A stretch of DNA of 63,819 nt, the filler included, from Bdellovibrionota bacterium (lineage in GTDB: Bacteria > Bdellovibrionota > Bdellovibrionia > Bdellovibrionales > JAEYZS01): assembly GCA_963169515.1 (NCBI GenBank). It is 6 parts of 6 records of this genome, joined end to end, with 100 filler letters (N's around TTAATTAATTAA, not from the genome) between each part and the next. Parts side by side here need not be neighbours in the genome. Positions count along the whole stretch, not along the records: positions 1 to 10,811 come from CAUJEF010000077.1; 5 more parts are not named here. One strand, written 5' to 3'. Under the pieces are notes generated by a model. It saw only the letters and a program-made list of their open reading frames with translations. It did not search any database and was not told the origin of the DNA. Positions 1 through 8,935 of the stretch are shown in pieces (position 1 is the stretch's first letter; every line of letters begins with the position of its first letter). The position numbers and the translations under genes were made by a program.

Positions 1-2
1 GA

Positions 3-3000
3 ACGCTGGCAACGGCAATACAAACAGGCAGTAGCAATGCAAATAATCTGACAATCAGCGGGAAAACGGCCACATTTTCTAAATCCATTGCAGACAACAT
101 CGGAGTGGGTGATGCGCTTCAATACGATAGCGACGGGAATAGTACCATTGATCAGATCGCTTTTGTTTTTGCGCGAATAGATAATAATAATTACAAAATT
201 CGAAAGGCCGATGGTTCTGACCCTGTGGCCGTAACCAATGACCAGGACTGGTCGTTTTACAGGGCGTACACGTCACTTTCCAATGCGGAAACGGGCACCG
301 AGAATACGGGCATAGATGATTCTGTTGAGAATTTCGATACATGGAGCGGGGGGAAAGATTTAGTTACCGCACAACAGGTGTGGAGTCTTGCGTGTTATGG
401 CGATGGTGTGGATACTTCGGCTGTGACCATCGATGGGTGGACCACAAATTTGGAGTTTGGATTAAATATATATACTCCTGTCGAGTCGTATGACGTCGGA
501 ACTTCACAACGCCACAGTGGATACTGGGGGTCTGCAGGGTATGAGCTTAATGTTTCTGATCCTGTTGGGCCTGTCATTGATATCAATGATGAAAATGTCA
601 GTATCGAAGGACTACGAATTGGTCGGACTGGGTTTTCAAACAATTCGTCGGTTATTGGGATTGGTGCATTGGGTGCAAGTGCAAAAATTTATTTAAGCGC
701 GAATCTCATACGCGGTTTTGCACCTTACAATATTGGTGTCGGGGTGAACACAAATTCCGGTATCAATTCAGCGGCAAAGATTTATTTTTATAACAATATC
801 GTCCATGATCTTGCGACAACAGGTGGCGGGGCCGGCATTCGTGCCTATGGATTAAATTATATATACAATAATACGTTTGTAAATCCGGGCGATAATGGAA
901 TTGATTCTTATACTCCATTCACGCATGTCATTAAAAATAATATTGTTCAGGGATCCAACGCCAATGCGTACACAAGCGGCGGGGGTTGGGATGCATCAAA
1001 TAATTACAACCTCTCCGACGATGCTTCTACAACAGGGGGAGCAAACGACAGGGCCAGCAAATCGGTGCGGTTTGTTGATGCTGCCAATTTTGATTACAGA
1101 TTATCGCCAACTGACCGCGAGGCAAAGGATCTTGGAACAAGCCTGGCATCGGACGCAAATATTGCGTTTACAAACGATATCACAGGTCGCACCCGTGCGG
1201 TTTGGGATATCGGGGCGCACGACACCGATGGTAAGGCCATTTACAGATCCGTCGGCCCCAACAGTGTGCATGCACTGGCAACAGGGGCAGGTAACTCTGT
1301 AACCATTACGTCTGGCGATGATGCGGTAACATTTGCGTCGGCTTTGCCAAAAAATGCTGGTGTGGGTGATGCCCTTGTATTTGATTGCAGCGGCAATGCG
1401 GCTTTGGGAACAGGTGATTGTGTGATTTTTATTTCCCATCGGTATTCGGATACGTCCTATTTATTCAGAAAAGCTGATGGATCATTGCCTTCAAACACCT
1501 ATTCCGGCACGACGTGGAGCTTGTATAGAGCATACACATCACTTTCTGGCGCTGAATCCGGAACAGAAAACGCTTCAATTGCTGCAATCGATGCAACGCT
1601 GGGAAATTTTGATTCTGGAAATCGAAACATCGCCACCAATAACGAAATTTGGAACGTCGCCCTCTATGCAGACGCGCCGGAAACAGCCGGGGTTGATTTA
1701 TACGGATGGACGACATCGAAAAATAATTATTTTAGAATCTTTGCGCCTTATAAATTGACGGAAGTGGGCATATCACAAAGACACAGTGGGGTTTGGGATG
1801 ATTCCAAGGCGACCATCAATACTAGACACCCGAACTATCCAATTTCTGACCGGTTGCTGTTTTCAAGAATTGAAGGTTTACAGATTAAGGGTTACCAATC
1901 GGGCACATATCAGGCCCTAGTGAGTGTATGGGCTCTGCCAGATCAAACACCCGCTGAGTTTTATCTTTCAGACAACATAATAACTGATAATGCATCTTCT
2001 GTGACTGGTTTTGCCGCAGCACTTTCCATCAGTGATCTGCAGAGCGGAATAGTTGCATACGTTTTTAATAACATTATTTATGATTTTCTGGCCGGACCCG
2101 ACAGCACTATGTGCTTATATCTGACTAGCGGAGGCACATATTACATTTACAACAATACGATGTATTCCTGTGACCGCTATTACATGGACTACACTGCTTA
2201 TTCGGGCTTTATGTATTTGAAAAATAATATTCTAGATTGCGATTGGCCAGCTGGCTGCCTGAGCGCTACGGATAAGCCATACATTGAGGCGTCAAATAAT
2301 GTCTACAGCGTTGCAGGGGAGACTTATGACGGAGCAAACGAGCAAAGCGGCACTCTTCCCACATTTGAAAATGCAGCGGGAAAAGATTTCCGTCTTGCGG
2401 ATAATGACACAATTGCAAAAAACAAGGGTATAACCTTAGCATCCACGTTCCCAGGCGGCGAAATGAAGGACTATATTAATACAATTCGACCGCAGGGGAC
2501 AGGCTGGGACATTGGCGGGCACGAGGCCGGTGCGAGCTACTTTGTGGACGATGATAACGGTGGCTCGGAATTTGGTGGTGGGTCTTATTCTAATTCCGAA
2601 TATTCAAGCGGTGTACGAATGAAGGCGTGGACCGCGGCTGAACGTGAGCTTCAAAACGCGGACGCAACATTTGATACAACCAATTTGGTTGGAATTTGGC
2701 ACATTAACGGCGCCACGATGAACGAGACTACAAATCCGACTCTGGCCGACTCAGGTCCGAATGGATTAACCGCCACAATTTCGACGGCAGAGGGTGCAAC
2801 AAATAAATCTGTTGCAGGAAAATTAAATGAATCGATTGATTTAGACGGAACTGATGATTTTGTTTCTGTTCCTGCAGGAGCTGCAGTCGACAATTTATCC
2901 GCCATCACGGTATCAGCGTGGATTTATCCTGAAACAGGTGCTGCTGATGGATGTATCGCTTGTAAGATAAATGCCGACACCCATCCTTACGGGGGGTGGA

Positions 3001-4508
3001 TGTTCCATGTTGATGCAAGTAACTATTTGTCATTCAAAGCAGGCCACGCCACGACGTCGTTGGTGAGGACCGTGAGCCAGCCGATCACTCTAAACACATG
3101 GCACCATGTTGCGGTTACATGGGATGGCAGTACGACAGCTGCAAATGTCAAAATTTATTTAGATGGTGTAGAGCAATCGTATTCGACGACAACAAATGCC
3201 TCGGGCGCTAGGGATGATGATTCTACTTATAATCTTGGATTTGGCCGAAATCCATCCAATACGAATCAATTATTTGATGGGCGCATGGATGAGATTTTAT
3301 TATTCGGTCGTGTTTTGGGGAACTCGGAAATTTCAGAAATATTCTCACGGCAGTATGATCAATTCGGTGGCGGCGAGGTATCAACCTTTACATCGCGGGT
3401 AATTGACGCAACTACAACCCACACATGGTCAAATTTGTGGCCAAAGCTTGCATTACCTATGGGTAAGGAAATCGTCCCAGGAAATGAATCATCTGGTGCG
3501 GGTGGTTACACCAATGGTATGGATTTGTCAGCAAACCTTGTGGGTTACTGGAATTTTAATGGGCCAGTTGATCAGCTTGTCACGACAGCGGCAAACAGGA
3601 TTAGCGATTTATCTTCGAATAACATTCATGGAACGGGTGTTGATACGGATAGCACGCTTACGTTTAAGACGGCTCCTTTAAATCAGGGGCTTGATTTTGA
3701 CGGGGCCAACGACGCCGTTTCGATTGCAGACAATTCAGTTCTTAATGTCGTGGGTAACAGGTATTATACATGGTCCATGCGGTTTAAGGCCGATACTTTT
3801 ACAGAATGGAATCCATTATATTCAGCTGTGCAAAGCTCAACTGTGTTTTTGGGGATCTATGCGCATACCTCAGCCACGATGGGCGTTACAGAAGGTATTG
3901 GTGTCGAGTTTTATAATGGTGCTGAATACGTTAAACAGATATCTAATGATTATGTCATTCAGTCTGGCCAATGGTATCAGTTGACTGTTACTTACGATTC
4001 AGCGCAAGCAGCCAATAGCAGATTTAAAATTTATATAAATGGCGTGGATCAGACAAAATCGGGTGGGGGAACGTCAAGTGGTACTATTAACGGATCTGAT
4101 ACGATCAACCCAGCCGCGAATCAAATCCGAATTGGCGGCTATAATGATGGTACAATCACACGATTCTTCGACGGAATGATTGATGAGGTTGCAATTTGGG
4201 GCGGAACAACCAATGCGGCGAGATTTACGGCATCTCAAGCCCTTGATTTGTATCGGCGGGGCAAAGGCAATTTCAAGGTTCAAGTAGAGACCTGCGATGA
4301 TGGTGCGTGTTCCGGCGAAACTTTCGCAGGCCCTGACGGCACAGCCGCTACGTATTTTACAGAAGCGCCAACCATTGTTTCTGCAATTCAAAACCTACTC
4401 AATTTCCCGCCAAATCGATACTTCCGCTATCAAGTGACCCTCGAAAACGGCGGAGATTCCAGCTTCACCCCCGTCTTGGAGCGCGTCCGCATCAACGCCA
4501 ACCAATAA
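3..4508 (+). CDS. Giant surface/secreted protein, 5'-truncated: two repeated modules with parallel beta-helix-like segments, then two LamG/concanavalin-like domains
   Basis: Frame is open from base 3 (TLATAIQTG...). Module repeated (GVGDAL..D; WS.YRAYTSLS.AE.G.EN; GWTT; VG.SQRHSG.W; F..AA..D.RL; WDIG.H). LamG motifs WHHVAVTWDG/KIYLDG/FDGRMDE and WYQLTVTYD/KIYING/FDGMIDEV. Confidence 0.8.
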   Translation, partial: TLATAIQTGSSNANNLTISGKTATFSKSIADNIGVGDALQYDSDGNSTIDQIAFVFARIDNNNYKIRKADGSDPVAVTNDQDWSFYRAYTSLSNAETGTENTGIDDSVENFDTWSGGKDLVTAQQVWSLACYGDGVDTSAVTIDGWTTNLEFGLNIYTPVESYDVGTSQRHSGYWGSAGYELNVSDPVGPVIDINDENVSIEGLRIGRTGFSNNSSVIGIGALGASAKIYLSANLIRGFAPYNIGVGVNTNSGINSAAKIYFYNNIVHDLATTGGGAGIRAYGLNYIYNNTFVNPGDNGIDSYTPFTHVIKNNIVQGSNANAYTSGGGWDASNNYNLSDDASTTGGANDRASKSVRFVDAANFDYRLSPTDREAKDLGTSLASDANIAFTNDITGRTRAVWDIGAHDTDGKAIYRSVGPNSVHALATGAGNSVTITSGDDAVTFASALPKNAGVGDALVFDCSGNAALGTGDCVIFISHRYSDTSYLFRKADGSLPSNTYSGTTWSLYRAYTSLSGAESGTENASIAAIDATLGNFDSGNRNIATNNEIWNVALYADAPETAGVDLYGWTTSKNNYFRIFAPYKLTEVGISQRHSGVWDDSKATINTRHPNYPISDRLLFSRIEGLQIKGYQSGTYQALVSVWALPDQTPAEFYLSDNIITDNASSVTGFAAALSISDLQSGIVAYVFNNIIYDFLAGPDSTMCLYLTSGGTYYIYNNTMYSCDRYYMDYTAYSGFMYLKNNILDCDWPAGCLSATDKPYIEASNNVYSVAGETYDGANEQSGTLPTFENAAGKDFRLADNDTIAKNKGITLASTFPGGEMKDYINTIRPQGTGWDIGGHEAGASYFVDDDNGGSEFGGGSYSNSEYSSGVRMKAWTAAERELQNADATFDTTNLVGIWHINGATMNETTNPTLADSGPNGLTATISTAEGATNKSVAGKLNESIDLDGTDDFVSVPAGAAVDNLSAITVSAWIYPETGAADGCIACKINADTHPYGGWMFHVDASNYLSFKAGHATTSLVRTVSQPITLNTWHHVAVTWDGSTTAANVKIYLDGVEQSYSTTTNASGARDDDSTYNLGFGRNPSNTNQLFDGRMDEILLFGRVLGNSEISEIFSRQYDQFGGGEVSTFTSRVIDATTTHTWSNLWPKLALPMGKEIVPGNESSGAGGYTNGMDLSANLVGYWNFNGPVDQLVTTAANRISDLSSNNIHGTGVDTDSTLTFKTAPLNQGLDFDGANDAVSIADNSVLNVVGNRYYTWSMRFKADTFTEWNPLYSAVQSSTVFLGIYAHTSATMGVTEGIGVEFYNGAEYVKQISNDYVIQSGQWYQLTVTYDSAQAANSRFKIYINGVDQTKSGGGTSSGTINGSDTINPAANQIRIGGYNDGTITRFFDGMIDEVAIWGGTTNAARFTASQALDLYRRGKGNFKVQVETCDDGACSGETFAGPDGTAATYFTEAPTIVSAIQNLLNFPPNRYFRYQVTLENGGDSSFTPVLERVRINANQ

Positions 4509-4596
4509 GGTACGCCGTTCCCTTTCAGGAGACAGCGCGCCGTAAACACGCAAACAAAATGGCGCGCTGTCTCCTGAAAGGGAACGGCGTACCTTA
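4506..4596. repeat. Perfect 36-bp inverted repeat with 19-nt loop (REPIN-like; may also terminate transcription)
   Basis: TAAGGTACGCCGTTCCCTTTCAGGAGACAGCGCGCC (4506-4541) and its exact reverse complement (4561-4596). Confidence 0.95.
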
Positions 4597-4783
4597 GAGG
4601 GTAGGCCGTACCTTTGGCGCTACCTAGGCTTAGCTCAATTTATGCAGTAAAATTAGCTGTTTAAGTTAGTCATTATGTTTATAAAAAATGTTCTAGTAGT
4701 GGTTTGAGAGTCATGATACTATAGTACTGTGATACCATGGTGTGCTGAAAGCACTACAATCTCCAAAGGAGTAGATTTACTCG

Positions 4784-5311
4784 ATGAGCTCATTTTCCGG
4801 TAAATTTGTATTGCGGATCCCAGCTGGGTTGCATCGCAAGATTGCTAGAGATGCTTCGGCGCTAGGGAAATCCCTGAATCAATTTATTTTAGAGAAGTTA
4901 ATGGAATCTCCTGCTGATTCCAGGGTCGATCTCATCCAAGGTACTTATAAAAAAGACTTAGTGGGTGTTGTCCTGTTTGGATCCAAGGCCCGTGGCGATC
5001 ATACTGAGACTTCTGATGAAGATCTGCTCATAGTTCTAAAATCGGAAGTGAGTTTGAATCGTGACATTTATGATCGCTGGGATAAATTTATCGAACCGCG
5101 GTTTCCAAAAGTGTCCCCACAATTTGTCAATTATCCACGAGACATAAAAAATGTTGGGGGTATTTGGTTTGAAGCGGCTTTGGAGGGTAAAGTTCTATTT
5201 GAAAATGGACAAATAGTGACACGGCTTTTGAGTCAGCTTAAGCAATTGATCATTACTGGGCATTACAAAAGAAAATGGAGTCATGGCCACCCGTATTGGG
5301 TAAGGGGCTAA
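4784..5311 (+). CDS. MNT-type nucleotidyltransferase antitoxin with N-terminal HicB-like ribbon-helix-helix domain
   Basis: N-terminal SGKFVLRIPAGLH...KSLNQFI; pol-beta motif LFGSKARGD...SDEDLLIV; lies upstream of a HEPN gene. Confidence 0.8.
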   Translation: MSSFSGKFVLRIPAGLHRKIARDASALGKSLNQFILEKLMESPADSRVDLIQGTYKKDLVGVVLFGSKARGDHTETSDEDLLIVLKSEVSLNRDIYDRWDKFIEPRFPKVSPQFVNYPRDIKNVGGIWFEAALEGKVLFENGQIVTRLLSQLKQLIITGHYKRKWSHGHPYWVRG

Positions 5312-5334
5312 GGCGCGAGGGTTAAGGGGCATAT

Positions 5335-5742
5335 ATGCATAATAAAGGGTTGGCAAAGGATTATATTACACGATCGGAGATCCGGCTCTTGGCCGTTGAG
5401 GTTTTGTACCAAAAGCAATCATGGGCCGATGTCGTCCGGGAATCCCAGGAAATCGTGGAGTTGTCTTTGAAATCCCTGTTGCGACAGTTCAATATTGAAA
5501 TCCCTCGCATCCACGATGTTTCCACGATCTTAAGTGAAGAAAAGGATCGATTCCCTGCGATCATTCAAAAAAATCTGGAAAACTTAATTGAAATATCCAG
5601 AATGATGCGTCGAGATCGAGAACTGTCTTTTTACGGTAGTGAGGATCTGACGCCCATGGAATTCTACAAGAAAAAAGACGCCGATAGAGCCTTTAAGGAT
5701 GCCAGGTTCGTCGTTGAAACCGTTAAGCCCCATATCGCTTAG
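5335..5742 (+). CDS. HEPN domain protein (partner of the MNT)
   Basis: SQEIVELSLKSLL...PRIHDV...RELSFYG pattern; follows the MNT gene. Confidence 0.8.
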   Translation: MHNKGLAKDYITRSEIRLLAVEVLYQKQSWADVVRESQEIVELSLKSLLRQFNIEIPRIHDVSTILSEEKDRFPAIIQKNLENLIEISRMMRRDRELSFYGSEDLTPMEFYKKKDADRAFKDARFVVETVKPHIA

Positions 5743-5785
5743 CTATACCGGGTCTTTCGTAATTCTCCAGTGAAGTTGACCTATT

Positions 5786-6049
5786 TCAAAAAGGTACAAA
5801 AAGAGAACGGCGGACCTTGAAAATTGTTTTGTAAATTTCTTTAAGAAATTTTTTTTCTTTTTGGGTTCGCTTTTTGGTGACAAGATTGAATACATATCTC
5901 TCACGCTTCCTATCTGTCACAGGCAGTCCGAGGGAAACTTTTCTTTTTATGATTTTTGTCGATAGTTTTAAGCGGGCAATTAAAAGATTTGAAATTTGCA
6001 GATCGAGCTTGTCCAATTGTTTTCGTAAACTTTCAATCTGCTTCATCAC
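5786..6049 (-). CDS. Chorismate mutase, AroQ (type II) family, stand-alone
   Basis: IESLRKQLDKLD...LLIARL...KRK...PVTDRKRE matches the AroQ signature; start overlaps the U32 stop codon. Confidence 0.75.
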   Translation of the reverse strand: MMKQIESLRKQLDKLDLQISNLLIARLKLSTKIIKRKVSLGLPVTDRKRERYVFNLVTKKRTQKEKKFLKEIYKTIFKVRRSLFVPF

Positions 6050-7284
6050 GCTTGCACAAGGTATGCTTGTTCATTGATTATTTTTGACAGTCGAACGCGC
6101 CCCAATCCCGTGCCTGGATGTAAAATTTCTTTTTGGTTACCATTACCGTCAAACAAAGCTTCAACTGTTGCCGTGGCTTCTTCAGATGGGGTAATGACCC
6201 GCACTTCTTGCCCTATGCGAATTTGCCCCTTTACTTCAAGAGTAGTTTCATTGTCGCCACTGTTTTGAACAACACCGATATAGTTGTGCTGGCGGTGGGT
6301 CTTTGATTCGTAATTTTGTGCGTCTTTGCCAGGGCTACCTAAAAGAAATCCCTTATGATATCCGCGAGGGGAGAGCTTATTAAGGTCTGTCACCAGTCCC
6401 TGATCAAATGGTTTCCCCGCAATCATATCATCAATCGCTCGTCGATAATTTCGAGCGACCATTGCGGTATAAAAATCAGACTTTGTGCGACCCTCTACTT
6501 TAAGTGAGATAACTCCGGCATCAACAATTTCTTTAAGGTGCTCAATCAGGCAGAGGTCTTTAGAGTTCATGATATAAGTCCCATGCTCATCTTCCTCAAT
6601 AGGATAAAATTCGGCAGGATCACGTAAGTCTTGCAAATAAAAGTCGTGTTGTGCAATTTCAGATTCTTTATAAAGCCGATATGGGTATCGGCAACTGTTG
6701 TCGCAGACCCCCTGGTTCGCGTCCCGGTGGCTCATATACTGGGAAAGTAGGCAGCGTCCGGAATAGGCGATGCATATTGAGCCGTGCACGAAAGCCTCAA
6801 GCTCTATGTCCGGAACACGTTGTTTGATTTCTTGGATTTCAGTAAGCCTTAACTCACGACTTAATATAATTCGAGAAATACCTTGGGCTTGCCAAAATTT
6901 TACTGACCGCCAATTCATGCAGTTTGATTGAACGGATAAATGGATCGGAACATCTAATTTTTCTTTTACGATGTCGATTAAACCTGGATCGCTCATGATA
7001 AGCGCATCGGGTTTCAATGAAGCGATTTTGTCTAAGGCTTTTGTGAAAGCGTTTATTTTTGCATTTCGCGCAAAAATGTTCACAGTCAGATAGAGCTGTT
7101 TGTTTTTATCTTTCGTAAGACGAATTCCTTCTTCAAGGGATTCGTACGAGAATTCATTTTCGCGAGCGCGCAGACTGAAAATCGGAACACCGGCATAAAC
7201 GGCATCGGCGCCAAAATCGAGGGCGGCTTTTAATTTTTCTAAAGAGCCCGCAGGCATCAGTAATTCGGGTTTTAATTTATTCAT
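6046..7284 (-). CDS. trhP: U32 family protein, TrhP/YegQ-like tRNA U34 hydroxylase
   Basis: PELLMPAG, GADAVYAG, HLSVQ, EAFVHGSICIAYSGRCLLS, NQGVCDNSCR (Fe-S Cys), EEDEHGTYIMNSKDL, SLKVEGR. Confidence 0.8.
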   Translation of the reverse strand: MNKLKPELLMPAGSLEKLKAALDFGADAVYAGVPIFSLRARENEFSYESLEEGIRLTKDKNKQLYLTVNIFARNAKINAFTKALDKIASLKPDALIMSDPGLIDIVKEKLDVPIHLSVQSNCMNWRSVKFWQAQGISRIILSRELRLTEIQEIKQRVPDIELEAFVHGSICIAYSGRCLLSQYMSHRDANQGVCDNSCRYPYRLYKESEIAQHDFYLQDLRDPAEFYPIEEDEHGTYIMNSKDLCLIEHLKEIVDAGVISLKVEGRTKSDFYTAMVARNYRRAIDDMIAGKPFDQGLVTDLNKLSPRGYHKGFLLGSPGKDAQNYESKTHRQHNYIGVVQNSGDNETTLEVKGQIRIGQEVRVITPSEEATATVEALFDGNGNQKEILHPGTGLGRVRLSKIINEQAYLVQA

Positions 7285-7657
7285 TGCCAGTTTTCATTTT
7301 TTTAACTTTTCCAATTATGTCTTCCAAAAGATGGTTTGCCTCGTCAGAATTAAAATCTTCATGATATTTTTTAGACACCTTATAGTCAGAAAGTACAATG
7401 TGGGTGGATGGTGTAACATTGTGCCTTTTTAGACAGTTGAGCGCACATTTTAATGGGCATCCGTCGATTGCCAGAATCGGTCTCCCAGATTTGGCTGTTG
7501 CCACCAGGCTTTTCACGTCACCACCAACGCCTGCGATGCAGCTCATCTCTGCAATTCCCTGCCGGTCTAGGCGTAATGCCAGATAGTTGGCCATTTGTGC
7601 CGCCGAGGAACATCCCGAACAAGAATAGGCAAGGGGTGTGTTTTTTTTATCGTTCAT
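7277..7657 (-). CDS. DGC-domain putative zinc/metal-binding protein
   Basis: YSCSGCSSAAQ, MSCIAGVGG, IDGCPLKCA motifs. Confidence 0.8.
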   Translation of the reverse strand: MNDKKNTPLAYSCSGCSSAAQMANYLALRLDRQGIAEMSCIAGVGGDVKSLVATAKSGRPILAIDGCPLKCALNCLKRHNVTPSTHIVLSDYKVSKKYHEDFNSDEANHLLEDIIGKVKKMKTGNE

Positions 7658-7792
7658 GATTTACTCCTCTATCCATTACATCTCATATGAGACTTCCGCA
7701 ACCTTATATGACCCAAATCATAATTTATTTATAAAGTTGTCATGTCTTCCAAAAAAGTTTAGTTTTGATATGAACTAGAAGGGGCGTAATTT

Positions 7793-8203
7793 ATGAAAAT
7801 GTTTTTGGGATTAATAGGAATTTCCTTGGCACTGTCCGCGTGTGCACATCATCGTGATGTACGCCCGGGCGCTGATGGCATACACAGGGTCGTTGTGAAG
7901 GCGGAAGATACTGAAGAAGGGGCCCAAGACGCCATTAAACAAGCTAACCATTTTTGTGAGGAGCGCGGGAGTCATGCGGCTTTTATAAATGAAGATCAGA
8001 AATACACGGGCGATATGGATGAAAAAAGCTATAAAAATGCAAAGCGAGTTACTAAGGTTGCGAAATCTGTTGGTGGTGCCGTGTGGGTTTTTGGCGGGCG
8101 CAAAGAATCCAATCTTGGCGGTCTTGTGGGCTTGGGGGGTGCAGCTGGTGACGCGGCTCTTGGCGATGGCTACACCGTTGAAATGCGCTTTAAATGTATG
8201 TAA
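7793..8203 (+). CDS. Lipoprotein of unknown function
   Basis: Lipobox LSAC after a hydrophobic signal; purine-rich SD; Gly-rich C-terminal half. Confidence 0.75.
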   Translation: MKMFLGLIGISLALSACAHHRDVRPGADGIHRVVVKAEDTEEGAQDAIKQANHFCEERGSHAAFINEDQKYTGDMDEKSYKNAKRVTKVAKSVGGAVWVFGGRKESNLGGLVGLGGAAGDAALGDGYTVEMRFKCM

Positions 8204-8214
8204 TCAGATTAGCT

Positions 8215-8556
8215 TTAATTGCGTATGGTGACACCGAGTGCCGCTACGTTGGCCTTGTAAAGTTGATTACTGCCGCGCAATCTTGCTTCGGCATTGCCCG
8301 TTAGCGTAAAAATTGTCAAACAGAACTTCCCACTTTCAGAAACAATTGTTGAGTAAAAACCAGGTCTTTTCCAGTTTGGATCAGATGTGACTTCAACAAT
8401 TTTTATTTGATTATCAACAGTTTGCAGCTCGCCGCAGATTTCTGCGACTTGGGTGTTAGAGCCTGTGTAATTGAACGAAGTAATTTTAACTTCATTTTCT
8501 GTCGCGGACGCAGAAAAGCCTAACATTGTTAAGGTAAAAATATATATGTATTTAAT
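8215..8556 (-). CDS. Small secreted hypothetical protein (probable ATT start at 8556; ATG alternative at 8526)
   Basis: Starting at ATT gives MKYIYIFTLTMLGFSASA, a complete signal peptide, with AGGGGGG just upstream. Confidence 0.6.
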   Translation of the reverse strand: MKYIYIFTLTMLGFSASATENEVKITSFNYTGSNTQVAEICGELQTVDNQIKIVEVTSDPNWKRPGFYSTIVSESGKFCLTIFTLTGNAEARLRGSNQLYKANVAALGVTIRN

Positions 8557-8614
8557 TGTGCCCCCCTAGAAGCGTGTTTTTTTATTAGAGACATAGCAGA
8601 CATCTATGTCAACA

Positions 8615-8814
8615 AAAACTGGCACACTTGCGTGTTGAAATATCAGCCTTAGAATTAACCTAACCTATTGTTTTATTGTAAAAATCTAGGGCTGCTCTCA
8701 GGCAGCGCCGCTCAATACCGTGAGCATCACATTTGCGGAACTCATTTTTACAAGAAAAATAATAGGTTAGATGAACGGAATCTTTCTTTACCAACACACA
8801 AGTGTGCCAGTTTT
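8615..8814. repeat. ~200-bp fold-back element with nested inverted repeats
   Basis: Outer arms 8615-8637 and 8792-8814 match at 22/23 bp; inner arms 8660-8685 and 8744-8770 are near-complementary; the core holds small GC-rich hairpins. Confidence 0.85.
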
Positions 8815-8935
8815 AAAAATGCGGCGCAGCGATCGCCATCGAAATTATTGGAACTGGAGCGTCCAATATATATGATCTTGTTAAGGCGCCATCGCGCTCA
8901 GATTTCCAAAAATTGCATATGAAAGGGAAAGCCTA

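Noticed and set aside
8668..8922. 84-aa ORF upstream of nrdJ; possible cobalamin riboswitch or NrdR box
   Set aside because: The ORF has no SD or recognisable motif and lies over the fold-back; no B12-box or convincing NrdR box was seen.
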